The position numbers and the translations under genes were made by a program. The notes beneath the pieces are model-generated. The model was not told the DNA's origin and searched no databases. It saw nothing but the letters and a program-made list of their open reading frames with translations. 64,000 nt of DNA from Candidatus Latescibacterota bacterium (GTDB taxonomy: Bacteria; Latescibacterota; UBA2968), in NCBI GenBank assembly GCA_965204375.1, contig OZ241986.1, forward strand, positions 800,001 through 864,000. The letters run 5' to 3'. Shown one piece after another: positions 1 to 10,221 of this stretch (the first letter of the stretch is position 1; every line of letters starts with the position of its first letter).

Positions 1-1742
1 TCTGTTTCAGTCACCATAGCAGGACCGAGATTGTCGCGGAAATAGACTCTAAAATCGGGGGAGGGTGGCATCTCACCAATGTTGTCATAGTTGAGCCACA
101 CACGAATGAAATTTTTGACAAAGCGTTGTGACTTTGTGTCTTTGAGCATACGATGGATCTGATTATTGAGTGTAGCAGGATCGCTGAGTTTCTTTTGTTG
201 AGCAAGTGATAGCAGTTCATCATCTGGCGCAGAAGACCACAAAAAATAGGATAGCCGGGCAGATAGAGAATAATCATCCAGAGCGCCTTCGCCTTCGTGC
301 AAAAATAGAAAGGCAGGCGAACTGAGAATGGCCTGGAAGCCCAGTTGTAATGCGTTCAACGGCTCCATGCCATTGCGGAGTTTTTCATGTGCAAGCGACT
401 CAAATGGTGCCAGTTCGCCCGGGCGCAAGGGCCTGCGAAAAGCGGCTGTGGCAAATGCACGCAAACGCTCCGATATGCGCTTTTGATCCAGATCCTCGGG
501 TTTTAGGTCGCCATACATCAACTGATGTCCGCGTGGAGGCCAGTCTTTTTCTTGAGGACCGCTAACCTGAATTTCCCAAACCCTTAGCTTCGGCCCGAGG
601 TAAACCTTGAGCAGCGCGTGATTTCTTTTATTTCCCGCTTTCTGATCCACAAAGGGTAGGATTTCGGGTTTTGGATCTTTTGCCTTAGTAAGTTTGCGAA
701 CCAGGGCTTTGGTTGCCAGCGTTCCATTGCGAAAACGAACCTCTGGCTCAAATCCTTTTTCCAGATAAACATCCCATTCAAACCACTGAGGCTCTTCACG
801 GGTCAGTTCAACAGTTGCAAGCGTGTATTCGCGAGAAATATTGCCCGTGCTCTGCACACTGCCTTTGCGGTCTACAGCCGCCAGTTCCAGCACAAGCGGG
901 TCGCCTTTGGGAAAATCGTTGAGTTCTCTGTCATAATGGTGATTGCGATCAATTGCTGCCGCCTGCACCCTTATGGTGTAGGTACCACTGACAGGGGCGC
1001 CACCATTCGCCAGCGGATAAAAGCCAATATGACCACCGCGATAGTGCCGTCCAGTGAGATCATCGTATCCCGTATCGGACACATACCGAAAGCGGTCCTC
1101 TCTAAAAACCTTGGGCAAGGACAAGGAATTGGCCTGTTTGTTTGTAAAATAGAAAGGTGATTTTTGCACGTAATTTTTGGCTTCGGGTCTGGCTTCAAAA
1201 TGCGTGGCACGCGTGACTGCTTCTTCGGCAACACGCAAATAGTGATCGAGCAACAGACCCGATGTGACAAGCCCGGCGGCATTGTTATCAAAGCCCTTGA
1301 CCTTCACTTCGGGCGGAAAATCCTCCGTTGGATCCCAGGCTTCCATATTCAGACCGAGTAAATCACCGAGTGTCTGGCGATATTCCCAGGCATTGAGCCG
1401 CCTCAAAGGTGTGTGATGTCTTTTGCCCGACAATCGCATACGCGCTTCAGCAATTGATGCTGTAATTACCTGAACCGTGGCGAGTACCTCATCTTTACCC
1501 GGCTGCATCTGACGCTTTGGTGGCATCGCCTGCAGGTTGAGTTGATCGACAATATCCTGCCAGAGTTCTAATTCTTTGAAGTTGGCAATTGTCTCAGAAA
1601 ACTGATCAAAGCGTCGATCGGCTTTTTGCACGCTTGAACCATGGCACTTTACGCAATATTGTGTGAGAAATGCCCTGGGCAGTTCTGCCCAGACAGAATG
1701 CGCGCATAGCGTGAAGATAATAATCAGCAAGATCCGTTTCAT
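1..1742 (-). CDS. DUF1592/DUF1588-type Planctomycete cytochrome c (PSCyt/PSD) domain protein, 3' end outside the window
   Basis: Absent from the ORF track because the stop lies outside the window. Manual translation of both ends: ATG at 1742 (ATGA overlap with the DUF1552 stop) gives MKRILLIIIFTLCAHSVWAELPRAFLTQYCVKCHG (signal peptide + CxxCH). The same frame near base 1 gives ILSSPAFLF...LSARLSYFLWSSAPDDELL, the DUF1592 signature. Confidence 0.9.
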   Translation of the reverse strand, partial: MKRILLIIIFTLCAHSVWAELPRAFLTQYCVKCHGSSVQKADRRFDQFSETIANFKELELWQDIVDQLNLQAMPPKRQMQPGKDEVLATVQVITASIAEARMRLSGKRHHTPLRRLNAWEYRQTLGDLLGLNMEAWDPTEDFPPEVKVKGFDNNAAGLVTSGLLLDHYLRVAEEAVTRATHFEARPEAKNYVQKSPFYFTNKQANSLSLPKVFREDRFRYVSDTGYDDLTGRHYRGGHIGFYPLANGGAPVSGTYTIRVQAAAIDRNHHYDRELNDFPKGDPLVLELAAVDRKGSVQSTGNISREYTLATVELTREEPQWFEWDVYLEKGFEPEVRFRNGTLATKALVRKLTKAKDPKPEILPFVDQKAGNKRNHALLKVYLGPKLRVWEIQVSGPQEKDWPPRGHQLMYGDLKPEDLDQKRISERLRAFATAAFRRPLRPGELAPFESLAHEKLRNGMEPLNALQLGFQAILSSPAFLFLHEGEGALDDYSLSARLSYFLWSSAPDDELLSLAQQKKLSDPATLNNQIHRMLKDTKSQRFVKNFIRVWLNYDNIGEMPPSPDFRVYFRDNLGPAMVTET

Positions 1743-2992
1743 GAAATCTCCATCGCAGAAAAGGTCCCTGTACTTTTGCCAAAGCTATCTCGCTCTACAC
1801 CAAACCACTGCAAGACGGAAAGCCAGAGATTTGACAACGGAATCCGCTTGTGTGTCTCAGCAGGACACATGAGATGCCCTTGATGTTTCAAACCGCCCCC
1901 CGCGAGAATTACTGGCAAATTCCTATTGGAATGCCTTGAGCCATCGCCCATGCCACTTCCCAGAACGACCAATGTGTCGTCAAACACCTTGGCTTCTTTG
2001 AGACGATCCAGAAACCGAGCAAACTGGGTCAATAAATATTTTTCCACAATCTGCAGGTCTTTCAATCGTCCCTCCTCCTGGCCGTGATGCGAAAGGCCGT
2101 GATATCCACCAAGGTTGAGTTCGGACGTCTTAAAGCCCATGGGGATTTCAAAGGTCACAACCCGTGTCGAGTCTGTCTGTAATGCCAGTGTTAGCAGATC
2201 GTAAAAAAGCGGCATTTCCTCAATTTGCATCCGTTCGAGGTCTTCCACAGGTTCAATTGGAGATTCTGGCTTGGGTTTGTCGAGCCATTCACGTGACATT
2301 TGCAGGCGACGCTCAACATCGCGCACCGAAGTCAGGTATTGATCGAGCTTACCGCGATCCGCCGCATTCAACTGCCCGTCGAGTGTCTTTGCCGACGCGA
2401 GTAAGGCGTCAAGCACACTGCCCCGATTTGATAACGTGCGACGCTCTGCGCTTCGCATAGCCTCATCATTTTGTACAAACAAAGCCTGAAAAATGCGGGC
2501 GGGATTGTTAACCGGTGCCACATTGACGCCTGACCGCGTCCATACCATGTCTGTGCCTCCGCCCAGCCCTGCAGTAATCGAGGGAAAGCGCGTTGTACTG
2601 CCCACATGCTCAGCCGCCACCTGGTCCAGCGTCATATTCTTTTCGGGGAAACCTGCGGCTTCTTCCTTGCGTATGCTGCTCAGAAATACATGTACGCCGG
2701 AGTGCCCTCCGCCCGTACCGTGATCGAGATTTGAAAAGATAGTAAAATCATCCCGATGTGAATCGATATATTTCAAGCTCAGGCTCGTCTCATAGTCCTT
2801 TCCAGACTGCCCGGGGAAAAATCCGCCTGGCCAAAATCCCAGATGATTGCCCACGCAGACCAGACGCCTCGGATTTGCCGCACCGTACACCATGCTGCTT
2901 TCTAAGAAGGGCAGAGATAGTGCCACGCCTGCGCCCTGTAAGAAATGCCGACGATTAACCCTCGCTTGTAAAAGTTCAGAAATGACGTTCAT
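1739..2992 (-). CDS. DUF1552 (HXXSHH) family protein with Tat-like signal
   Basis: N-terminal RRHFLQGAGVALSLPFLES; YHGLSHH motif; DQYLTSVRDVERRL; adjacent to the DUF1592 gene. Confidence 0.92.
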   Translation of the reverse strand: MNVISELLQARVNRRHFLQGAGVALSLPFLESSMVYGAANPRRLVCVGNHLGFWPGGFFPGQSGKDYETSLSLKYIDSHRDDFTIFSNLDHGTGGGHSGVHVFLSSIRKEEAAGFPEKNMTLDQVAAEHVGSTTRFPSITAGLGGGTDMVWTRSGVNVAPVNNPARIFQALFVQNDEAMRSAERRTLSNRGSVLDALLASAKTLDGQLNAADRGKLDQYLTSVRDVERRLQMSREWLDKPKPESPIEPVEDLERMQIEEMPLFYDLLTLALQTDSTRVVTFEIPMGFKTSELNLGGYHGLSHHGQEEGRLKDLQIVEKYLLTQFARFLDRLKEAKVFDDTLVVLGSGMGDGSRHSNRNLPVILAGGGLKHQGHLMCPAETHKRIPLSNLWLSVLQWFGVERDSFGKSTGTFSAMEIS

Positions 2993-3042
2993 GCCTTATC
3001 CTTTTCTATATAAGTTGGAATCTCGATGATAAAACCCGTTCT

Positions 3043-3072
3043 AATATAGCAGACACCAAAGTCTTTTGTCAA
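3043..3072 (-). promoter_or_regulatory. sigma70-type promoter for DUF1552/DUF1592
   Basis: Minus strand TTGACA-18 nt-TATATT, about 50 nt upstream of the ATG. Confidence 0.65.
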
Positions 3073-3074
3073 GG

Positions 3075-3689
3075 TCAGCCTCTTTGAAGAAGACCCAGAT
3101 GATTCAGCTTCTGCCGAAGACCGTCGGCTCCAGCATAAGTGTGTCCGGCTATACCCAATCGCATTGCCGCTGCCACATGCCCGGCGTTGTCGTCTATGAA
3201 CAGAGCCTGACCCGGAACTGCGCCTACGGTATTTAGGGTTGCGAAGTAGATGCTGGGATCGGGTTTTGCGAATCCCACTTCTGAGGAGTTGATGATGTAG
3301 TCGAAATTTTCGGCGATGCCGAGTCGCCGAAGATCTGAGGATAGTCTCGATGTCGCATTGCTGATGAGGACTAACCTCGCCCTTTTTCGACAAGTCTGCA
3401 AGATCTCCAGGACCTCCAAATTGACCTCTCCTGGCGATGCGGACCAGAGTTCAACCGCACGCTCCGCGTTGGCTTCTGGAAAGTCTTGGCTGAGCTGGTC
3501 CGCAATTCTCCTACGCCACTCATCGTCAGAGATTTTTCCAGTGATCACCAGGGGGAGTAAGTCATCTGAGAATGCAGCCCTGGGGATGGCTTCCTCGGGA
3601 AGCCCGGTTGCTCGCTCCGCCTTCCGATGTATTTCAGGGGACCAGATCCGAATTACCCCATCAAGGTCTGTCAAGATTGCGTTTGTCAT
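3075..3689 (-). CDS. HAD-IA family hydrolase
   Basis: DLDGVI motif I, SNAT, KPDP, FIDD. Confidence 0.9.
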   Translation of the reverse strand: MTNAILTDLDGVIRIWSPEIHRKAERATGLPEEAIPRAAFSDDLLPLVITGKISDDEWRRRIADQLSQDFPEANAERAVELWSASPGEVNLEVLEILQTCRKRARLVLISNATSRLSSDLRRLGIAENFDYIINSSEVGFAKPDPSIYFATLNTVGAVPGQALFIDDNAGHVAAAMRLGIAGHTYAGADGLRQKLNHLGLLQRG

Positions 3690-3747
3690 TTGAATTTTAC
3701 GTTTCTTTGAGTGTTTTTCTGCGTTTTTTTACACACTATGCGTGCTG

Positions 3748-4554
3748 TCACTTATCCTCATTTTTGGTAGCAACGAAGATCATCTCTTTTTCGTGTTCAG
3801 AATTCAGGCCCTCGTCTGTCCAATCGCCTTTGACATCGACATCTTGAAAGCCTGCCAATTCCAGCATCCAAATCAGTTCATTTCGATGGTACCAGTGCGT
3901 CTGCCCGGTGTGAATCTCCTCCTTTATGAGACGATCGCCTTCGTATAGTTCATATCGCCGTTCTCGGACAGCATATTGCTCCACCGTATCTTCAAAAATC
4001 TTGTGGTGGTAAACCAGCAGACGCTTTCCGTTCTCAAGCTCCTTGTTGGCGATCTGTTTCCACTCGCCAGGCCACGCGTGAATCTCTTTGGGCCCCCAAT
4101 AATAAAAACTATGGGCTGGGGCAACATTAAAGGCGAGAATCCCACCAGGCTCCAAATGAGCGTGGCATCGGCGGAGCGTTTCCAATGCAGACCGCCGCCC
4201 CATTACACACTGGAAACCACCGCACGGGATATAGATGGCATTAAATCGATCTGGGAGATCCAACTGCTGCATCTGCTGCTCGTAGAGCACGGGGTCCAAC
4301 CCCATCGTGTTCGCATGCTGGCGACACACAGATAGCATATCGCCCGAAATGTCCACCCCCTGTACATCAAATCCTTCTTGCAAAAAGTCCAGTAGTAACC
4401 TCCCCGCTCCGCATCCCAGTTCCAGGGCCTTACTTCCAGCTTTCTCAAGGATGCCTTTGTAGAATGACTTGTCTATGCGGGGGTCTGACGTCGATATCGT
4501 AGCCCAATGAAGTGCGGAGAGTCCAGTATATAGATCTCGTTCATCGAATTTCAT
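3748..4554 (-). CDS. class I SAM-dependent methyltransferase
   Basis: LELGCGAGR, GVDIS. Start moved to ATG 4554, which follows a GGAGA SD. Confidence 0.88.
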   Translation of the reverse strand: MKFDERDLYTGLSALHWATISTSDPRIDKSFYKGILEKAGSKALELGCGAGRLLLDFLQEGFDVQGVDISGDMLSVCRQHANTMGLDPVLYEQQMQQLDLPDRFNAIYIPCGGFQCVMGRRSALETLRRCHAHLEPGGILAFNVAPAHSFYYWGPKEIHAWPGEWKQIANKELENGKRLLVYHHKIFEDTVEQYAVRERRYELYEGDRLIKEEIHTGQTHWYHRNELIWMLELAGFQDVDVKGDWTDEGLNSEHEKEMIFVATKNEDK

Positions 4555-4666
4555 GAAAATATTCTCCAAAATGTTTAAAGGTTTACCAATGATTTAGCCT
4601 ATAAAACACTTTAAGGGATGCATTTTGGAGGAGGCAAGAGGTGTCAGCTTTTGCCGAACTTCCATT

Positions 4667-5365
4667 TCACAAAAGATTCCCTTGCGCGCGGGAGTTGTGA
4701 CCTATCACCGTGATCGGCTCGGTCATTCCTATACAGACATTGCCACTCACGAGGTTCCAGTCACTGTGGCCACTTTCGACGATGCCTCGCGTCTGGCACG
4801 GTGTGTCCCCTCCAACCGTCGGAGATTTGTCAACATCATCGGCGCAACGGTTACCCTGGACAAGAAACCTGTTGGCATTGTGCAGGCGCAGGGCGGGATA
4901 AGCTCCTGGCTTCTTCCAGGAATTGCTACGGAGGATGTTCCCGACGGTCTGGGCTCCCTCTTTCACCCTCAGTCCTCTGTTCAGTGGCTCGCTCAAGCGA
5001 ACGAGGTTGCCCTTCACCGATCTCACCAGCGCGTGGGTGCCATCCCACCATTGGCGAGGTCGGTCGTTCAGCCCGACGCCATCGTCTGCTATGAAGGGCA
5101 CTTGCCCACGCAAGTAGATGCTGCGGGATCCCTTGCGTGCATCTCGAATCAGGAACAGCGCCCTGGGTGCAGCGATCGTCAGTTCAGTAGCTGATCCATC
5201 GCCAATGAGGGTCACGCCACTTCGGAGGATAATCGACTGACGTAGCCGCCATTTGCCTACCGGAATTCGTACGCTCCCACCTTGCTCGCCAAGGGCGTCA
5301 ATCGCCTCCTGAATCCCCGAAGTAGCCGAATCCCGATCGAGAGATGCCGTGATTATTTCGCTCAT
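4667..5365 (-). CDS. pectin-lyase-like right-handed beta-helix protein, short and probably internally deleted
   Basis: TSGIQEAIDAL...GGSVRIPVGKW N-terminal cap; only a few beta-helix turns (VGNILRSN, VQGNRC, VSGNVC). Confidence 0.65.
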   Translation of the reverse strand: MSEIITASLDRDSATSGIQEAIDALGEQGGSVRIPVGKWRLRQSIILRSGVTLIGDGSATELTIAAPRALFLIRDARKGSRSIYLRGQVPFIADDGVGLNDRPRQWWDGTHALVRSVKGNLVRLSEPLNRGLRVKEGAQTVGNILRSNSWKKPGAYPALRLHNANRFLVQGNRCADDVDKSPTVGGDTPCQTRGIVESGHSDWNLVSGNVCIGMTEPITVIGHNSRAQGNLL

Positions 5366-5390
5366 AGTAAGATCGAAAGGACTGACTTGC

Positions 5391-6653
5391 CTATTCTGTC
5401 ACAACCGCTTCGGGTGAGACACGAACTGATGACAATATCAAGTAGGTAAAGGCCATCATCATTACGGTAGCTGAAATCAATAGTGTTGCCTCCCAGCCAA
5501 AAGTTTCACCAAGGTAGCCACCTGCCAATGCTGCAATCGGAATTATTCCGAATACGACAAGACGCCTGGTGGCATTGATTCTACCTAACAGTCTATCTGG
5601 AGTCACTGCTTGCCTCAGGCTAATCTGGCTTATGCTGAAGAGGGTCAAGGCCAGGCTAAAGACTGCCTGGATAGCAATGACGGCTGGGAGCTTCATCCAA
5701 CCGAAGGAGCCTGCGAAAGGAAGCACGCCCATCGCAATGCCCTCAAGTAGCAACGCAATAATCATCAACCAGCCTGCACCCATCCGCTTTGCAAGTGGAA
5801 CAGCGGATAGGGCCCCGATAATCGAGGCACCTCCTGCAACAGATCCGATGATTCCCAGCCAGATCGGAGTAATGCCCAGGGTGCGAACAAGAAAAAGTGT
5901 CCAAACTGTATGTTGTACAGCACCTGCTGCACTTGCGAGAGCGGTCCCGACAGTCATGGCTCTCAGAATAGGGTGACTAAATAGAGTCGATATTCCCTCC
6001 TTAATGGCAGCTATCACCCTTTGGTCCATCCTGGTCCTGATATTATCAGATTCATCAAATTGGATCCTCAATAGGAATAGACCAGATAAGAAGTACGAAA
6101 TTGAGTCCACAAGTATTGCCAACGGCGCACCGAGAATATCGACAAGGTATCCAGCTGCTCCGGGGCCTGCTACATTCGTTGTTGAAGTGCTTAGCTGAAG
6201 TCGAGCATTCCCCTCGACAAGATCTTCCCGTTTCACGATGGAAGGCAAAAACGATGTTGAGGCAAGGACGTACATCATCGCGAGTGTACCACCTGTAAAA
6301 GCCACAATATATAGCAACTCTATGGATAGCCAGCCAACCAAAGCTGCTGCGGGGACCAGACCTATGACCAATCCTTGTCCAAACGCACTCGCGACCAGTA
6401 TGGGCTTTCGTTTGGCCCGATCAATCCAGACGCCAGCCAAGAGTGCGAAGAGCAGCACTGGAAGATGCGTTGCCGCGTTGAGGAATCCCATTTCCTTCGC
6501 GCCAACCTGAAGCGTTATCACCGCAACAAGGGGGAGAGCGAGATTGGTGACAGATGAGCCGAGATCTGAAATCGTGACGCCGCCCCAGAGCTTTGCAAAG
6601 TCAGAATTGGAGCGTGCCAGCCGAAAGAGGCCGCCCTCAGATGCTCTAAGCAT
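5391..6653 (-). CDS. MFS transporter (DHA3/MFS_3-like)
   Basis: About 12 hydrophobic segments; AGVWIDRAKRK motif A; RQAVTPDRLLGRINA. Confidence 0.92.
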   Translation of the reverse strand: MLRASEGGLFRLARSNSDFAKLWGGVTISDLGSSVTNLALPLVAVITLQVGAKEMGFLNAATHLPVLLFALLAGVWIDRAKRKPILVASAFGQGLVIGLVPAAALVGWLSIELLYIVAFTGGTLAMMYVLASTSFLPSIVKREDLVEGNARLQLSTSTTNVAGPGAAGYLVDILGAPLAILVDSISYFLSGLFLLRIQFDESDNIRTRMDQRVIAAIKEGISTLFSHPILRAMTVGTALASAAGAVQHTVWTLFLVRTLGITPIWLGIIGSVAGGASIIGALSAVPLAKRMGAGWLMIIALLLEGIAMGVLPFAGSFGWMKLPAVIAIQAVFSLALTLFSISQISLRQAVTPDRLLGRINATRRLVVFGIIPIAALAGGYLGETFGWEATLLISATVMMMAFTYLILSSVRVSPEAVVTE

Positions 6654-6809
6654 TCAAGATCTCCTCGGGGAATCTCAGTAGTTCAGGAGTGACAGCAAGC
6701 CGCTCGCGAAATTCCCACATGTCAAGCTTCTGTACTGAAGCAGATTGCACTCATAGCGTTTTCTTTTTTCATGAATCCATATTGTCGCGACAGGTTGATC
6801 TCTTCAATT

Positions 6810-7928
6810 CTATGTCGTATCGACCCACCAGTGAATGAGGTTGGTCAGGCTCAGTTCATACGCGTGCGATGACTGTATCAGCAGGCGGTTCTTCCTGTTG
6901 GGATTGTGTGAACCAACCACGATGCTGTTCGAATATGCGCCTGTCCCCGCCTCGCGCATCCTTAAAATGGTGCCATCATCCCAGTTAAGACCATCTTTTG
7001 AAGAGTACAGAACAAAGTGACCTTTGTCCTTCTTCTCGCCCTGCAAATGTCCACTGCGTCCGGACATGAAATAACTGCCGTTTAGCACGGCCATCTGAGG
7101 ATTTCGGATCTTCTTTTTAAAGTGTGCGATCTTTGGTTCGGACCAGGTGTGACCGTCGTCGTCGCTTATCACATAGTCCATCGTGTCCTCAGCGTTCCTG
7201 TTGTATATATAGACAATGATGCTTCCCGAAGCGAGCTTCCCCATAGTTCCATACGATTTCCCGGTGGTGTCGAAGGGAAGTTCGCTACGCTTCACGAAGG
7301 TCCGGCCGCCGTCGCGGCTCACATACAACTCGTACACATGCTCGGGCTTATTGCCCAGGAAGTTGATCTCATTGTTATTCTTGAAGTGAAGCGCGAGTAT
7401 CTCTCCGTTGTAATACCGCGCATCGTAGAGCCTGCCCCGGTTGTCGCACAGTTTATACGGGTCACTCCAGGTGTGTCCGCCATCTTCACTGATGATATAG
7501 GTCGGAATCTGAAAACGCCTCCAAATGGCATCGTTCGTGATGTTACACACGAGGAAGAAGACAACGATATTACCGTTGGCTGTCAGAACTGCTTTCTCGC
7601 CGAAGGCAGAAAATTTCTCGGTGTTGGGCCCTCCTTCTTGCCCTTCGTCGAACAGGCTTTTTGTATAGTCAAGCACGATTGGCTCGCTCCAGGTTTCGCC
7701 GTAGTCTTCAGAACGCTTGTATTCCATCCATCCCACGGCCGAGTGGCCTTTGTTGTCCTCGTTGCAGTTGGGATAAAAGGCGAGAATTTTCCCGTCCTCA
7801 TACTCCACCAGTGCGTGCCCGAGATTTCCACCTCTTTTTGCCGGGGAGTGATCGACAAAGAGAATGCCATCGTTCGGTGGGTTTTTTGGGGTGATCTCAT
7901 AATCTGCTTTGTTTGGGTTCGCGTCCAT
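6810..7928 (-). CDS. sialidase-like BNR/Asp-box beta-propeller protein
   Basis: Asp-boxes SEDYGETW, SEDGGHTW, SRDGGRTF, SDDDGHTW, SKDGLNW. Confidence 0.85.
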   Translation of the reverse strand: MDANPNKADYEITPKNPPNDGILFVDHSPAKRGGNLGHALVEYEDGKILAFYPNCNEDNKGHSAVGWMEYKRSEDYGETWSEPIVLDYTKSLFDEGQEGGPNTEKFSAFGEKAVLTANGNIVVFFLVCNITNDAIWRRFQIPTYIISEDGGHTWSDPYKLCDNRGRLYDARYYNGEILALHFKNNNEINFLGNKPEHVYELYVSRDGGRTFVKRSELPFDTTGKSYGTMGKLASGSIIVYIYNRNAEDTMDYVISDDDGHTWSEPKIAHFKKKIRNPQMAVLNGSYFMSGRSGHLQGEKKDKGHFVLYSSKDGLNWDDGTILRMREAGTGAYSNSIVVGSHNPNRKNRLLIQSSHAYELSLTNLIHWWVDTT

Positions 7929-7948
7929 AAGTGCTTCCTTGGATGAAT

Positions 7949-9397
7949 TTAAATGCCTTTGTAGATATTGGAGGAGTACATTTCAAAGCCTTCGGGGCCG
8001 GGGTAGCCGTCGAAGAGGTTGCATTCGGGCACATTGCCGGGCGCGCCATTTTTGAGCCAGTCTATGAAGATGGGGTCGGCATTGCGGTGTTCGAGTTCGG
8101 CGATGCCTGAGGCGTGAAGGTGTTGAACGCGACCGGGATTTTCAGAAGCGATATTGTCCAGAGAACCGTAGAGGGTAAGGATGCTGTCTTCAGGGTTGGG
8201 GTGCCATTCGAGATAGCCTTCCTGGTCGAAGACGGTAAAGTAGCCGCGTTGAAGATGTCGCATAGCTTTGCCGCGCGCCACGCCTGCGAGGGCGATTTCG
8301 CGGTTGCCCATGCTGTTTTCACGCGCCGCGTTGAGGATGTCATAACTTTCGATATTGTCGGGAACAGGCGCGCCTGATAGGTTGGCGATGGTGGCGAAGA
8401 AATCTTGTGGTTGAAAGATGGCAGAACTGCGACCTGTGTCACCTTCGGGCGTTTTGATGAAAAGTGGGATGTGGATTTCTTGTTCGCGGACGGGTGCGCC
8501 TTTGCCGAATCTGCCGCGTTCACCGACGTTGGTGCCGTGGTCGCCTGCGACGAGTATGGCGGTGTTTTTGGAGAGACCCGTGGCTTCAAGGGCTTCGAGG
8601 AAGCGGCCAAAGCAGTGGTCCATCCAGGTGACTTTGGCTGCATAACTGGCTTTGATGCGTGCTTTGGCTTCGTCGGGCAGGTTGGGATTGCTGCGGGCTT
8701 GCGTTCCTCCTTTAAATATGCGAGGATCGAGGCGACCATCATAACCAGGCGTTTTGTCGTATTTGACCATGAATTCGGGGGGTACGTCCCAGGGTTCGTG
8801 GGGGTCGAAACAGTCGATCCAGAGAAAGAAATTTTCCCGATTTTTATTGTCTCGGAGAAACTCGGCAGCGGTGTTGAAGAGTCTGGCACAGTTCCAGTTG
8901 TCTAAGTTGTCGCGGCCTCTGTTGGTGCGGGCATATTGAATGGTTGGTGTTGGGAGTTCGTCTTCGAGGATGTCAAAGAGCGGGTCTTTTGCCCAGTTGC
9001 TGGGCCATTTGGCTTCGTCATTCATCCAGGCGCGGTCAACTTCGGCACCGCGAATGAAGGTCCAGGTGTGAAAGGGATAATCGAAGGCGTGGCCCCCGTT
9101 GACGAGGTGGGGGGTGTCGTGCAGGAGTTGCGTCGCGTAGCCTGCTTCGCCGAGGACATACGGCAGTGCATTGGTGTTGAAGGGCAGTGGTTTCCATGCG
9201 TGAAAGGGGCTGCCGTATTTGCCGGTCATGACGTCGGTGCGATAGGGGATGGTGGGAAAGCTCGCTGCGAAGGCACGGTCGAAACACCAGGATTGTGAGG
9301 CCAGGCGGTCGAGGTTGGGTGTTTCGATCCAATCATTGCCGTTGGCGCCGATATAGTCGTAGCGCATGGTGTCGATGATTAAGAGAATGATGTTCAT
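7949..9397 (-). CDS. sulfatase-like alkaline-phosphatase-superfamily hydrolase with Thr at the nucleophile position
   Basis: NIILLIIDTMR, PNLDRLA, TIPYR in place of C/SxPxR, FDPHEPW, GDHG. Confidence 0.88.
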   Translation of the reverse strand: MNIILLIIDTMRYDYIGANGNDWIETPNLDRLASQSWCFDRAFAASFPTIPYRTDVMTGKYGSPFHAWKPLPFNTNALPYVLGEAGYATQLLHDTPHLVNGGHAFDYPFHTWTFIRGAEVDRAWMNDEAKWPSNWAKDPLFDILEDELPTPTIQYARTNRGRDNLDNWNCARLFNTAAEFLRDNKNRENFFLWIDCFDPHEPWDVPPEFMVKYDKTPGYDGRLDPRIFKGGTQARSNPNLPDEAKARIKASYAAKVTWMDHCFGRFLEALEATGLSKNTAILVAGDHGTNVGERGRFGKGAPVREQEIHIPLFIKTPEGDTGRSSAIFQPQDFFATIANLSGAPVPDNIESYDILNAARENSMGNREIALAGVARGKAMRHLQRGYFTVFDQEGYLEWHPNPEDSILTLYGSLDNIASENPGRVQHLHASGIAELEHRNADPIFIDWLKNGAPGNVPECNLFDGYPGPEGFEMYSSNIYKGI

Positions 9398-9987
9398 TTT
9401 ATACCTCTCTCCTTTTTATTTAAATCGGCAAGAAAGAACGTTTTCCTCTTTTTGAACCGAAAATTTTCATCGGGTACGATGAACTCCAGTTTGTCACATA
9501 AAAAAGAGCCAGACGGAGCTGAATTTTGGAGCCGTGCACAAAGCGCAAGGCTCTCGTCTATGGATATGAACTCAGCAATGGTCATGTGCGGAGCTATGTT
9601 GCGCCTGTGATACGCTTCGCCGGAAAATGCCGATGTCCTGTGGAGGATTTGCTTTAAATTATCGATAGGCTCTCGTGGCCTTATCGGATACGAGACGCCA
9701 GGGTGCCTGATTGAGGCATGCGGCTTGTCGTAATAAAGCGTGAATGGCTGGATATCAGTAATGACGTTGTTGATTTCATCGATAAGATCAGGCGTCATTT
9801 CCCTGCTCAAGGGATCTGACAAAGAGATGTGCGTCGAACAGGAGTCAGCAGAGCAGGGATCGTACTTTGCTCGCAAGAGATCGATCTCCTGAGATACTTC
9901 TGGAGGGGGCATGATAAGGATGAGGCCAAAACGATAGTCGCGTTGCCAATCTTCCCACTTTGATGTGTCTTTTACGTATGGAATCAT
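9394..9987 (-). CDS. 2H phosphoesterase / 2'-5' RNA ligase family protein
   Basis: Two HxS/T motifs: THISL and PHMTI. Confidence 0.82.
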   Translation of the reverse strand: MIPYVKDTSKWEDWQRDYRFGLILIMPPPEVSQEIDLLRAKYDPCSADSCSTHISLSDPLSREMTPDLIDEINNVITDIQPFTLYYDKPHASIRHPGVSYPIRPREPIDNLKQILHRTSAFSGEAYHRRNIAPHMTIAEFISIDESLALCARLQNSAPSGSFLCDKLEFIVPDENFRFKKRKTFFLADLNKKERGIK

Positions 9988-10221
9988 GAGGAACTCTCAC
10001 AGGGTGATAGCATCGACGTGTTAGCCGTTCGTGACGCTTCTTCTATTTGCGCCGCTGATCAACAATATACTCACGTACTAACCAATGCGGAATAGAATGA
10101 GTTGTCAATGCCTCATGAATCTCTCTGATCAGCCCAAGCTGGACGGAATTCGGATCTTCCATGCATCCGCGAATTACAATTTTAGGCATGGCATCAAACT
10201 CATAGGAAATACAAATGAGTG

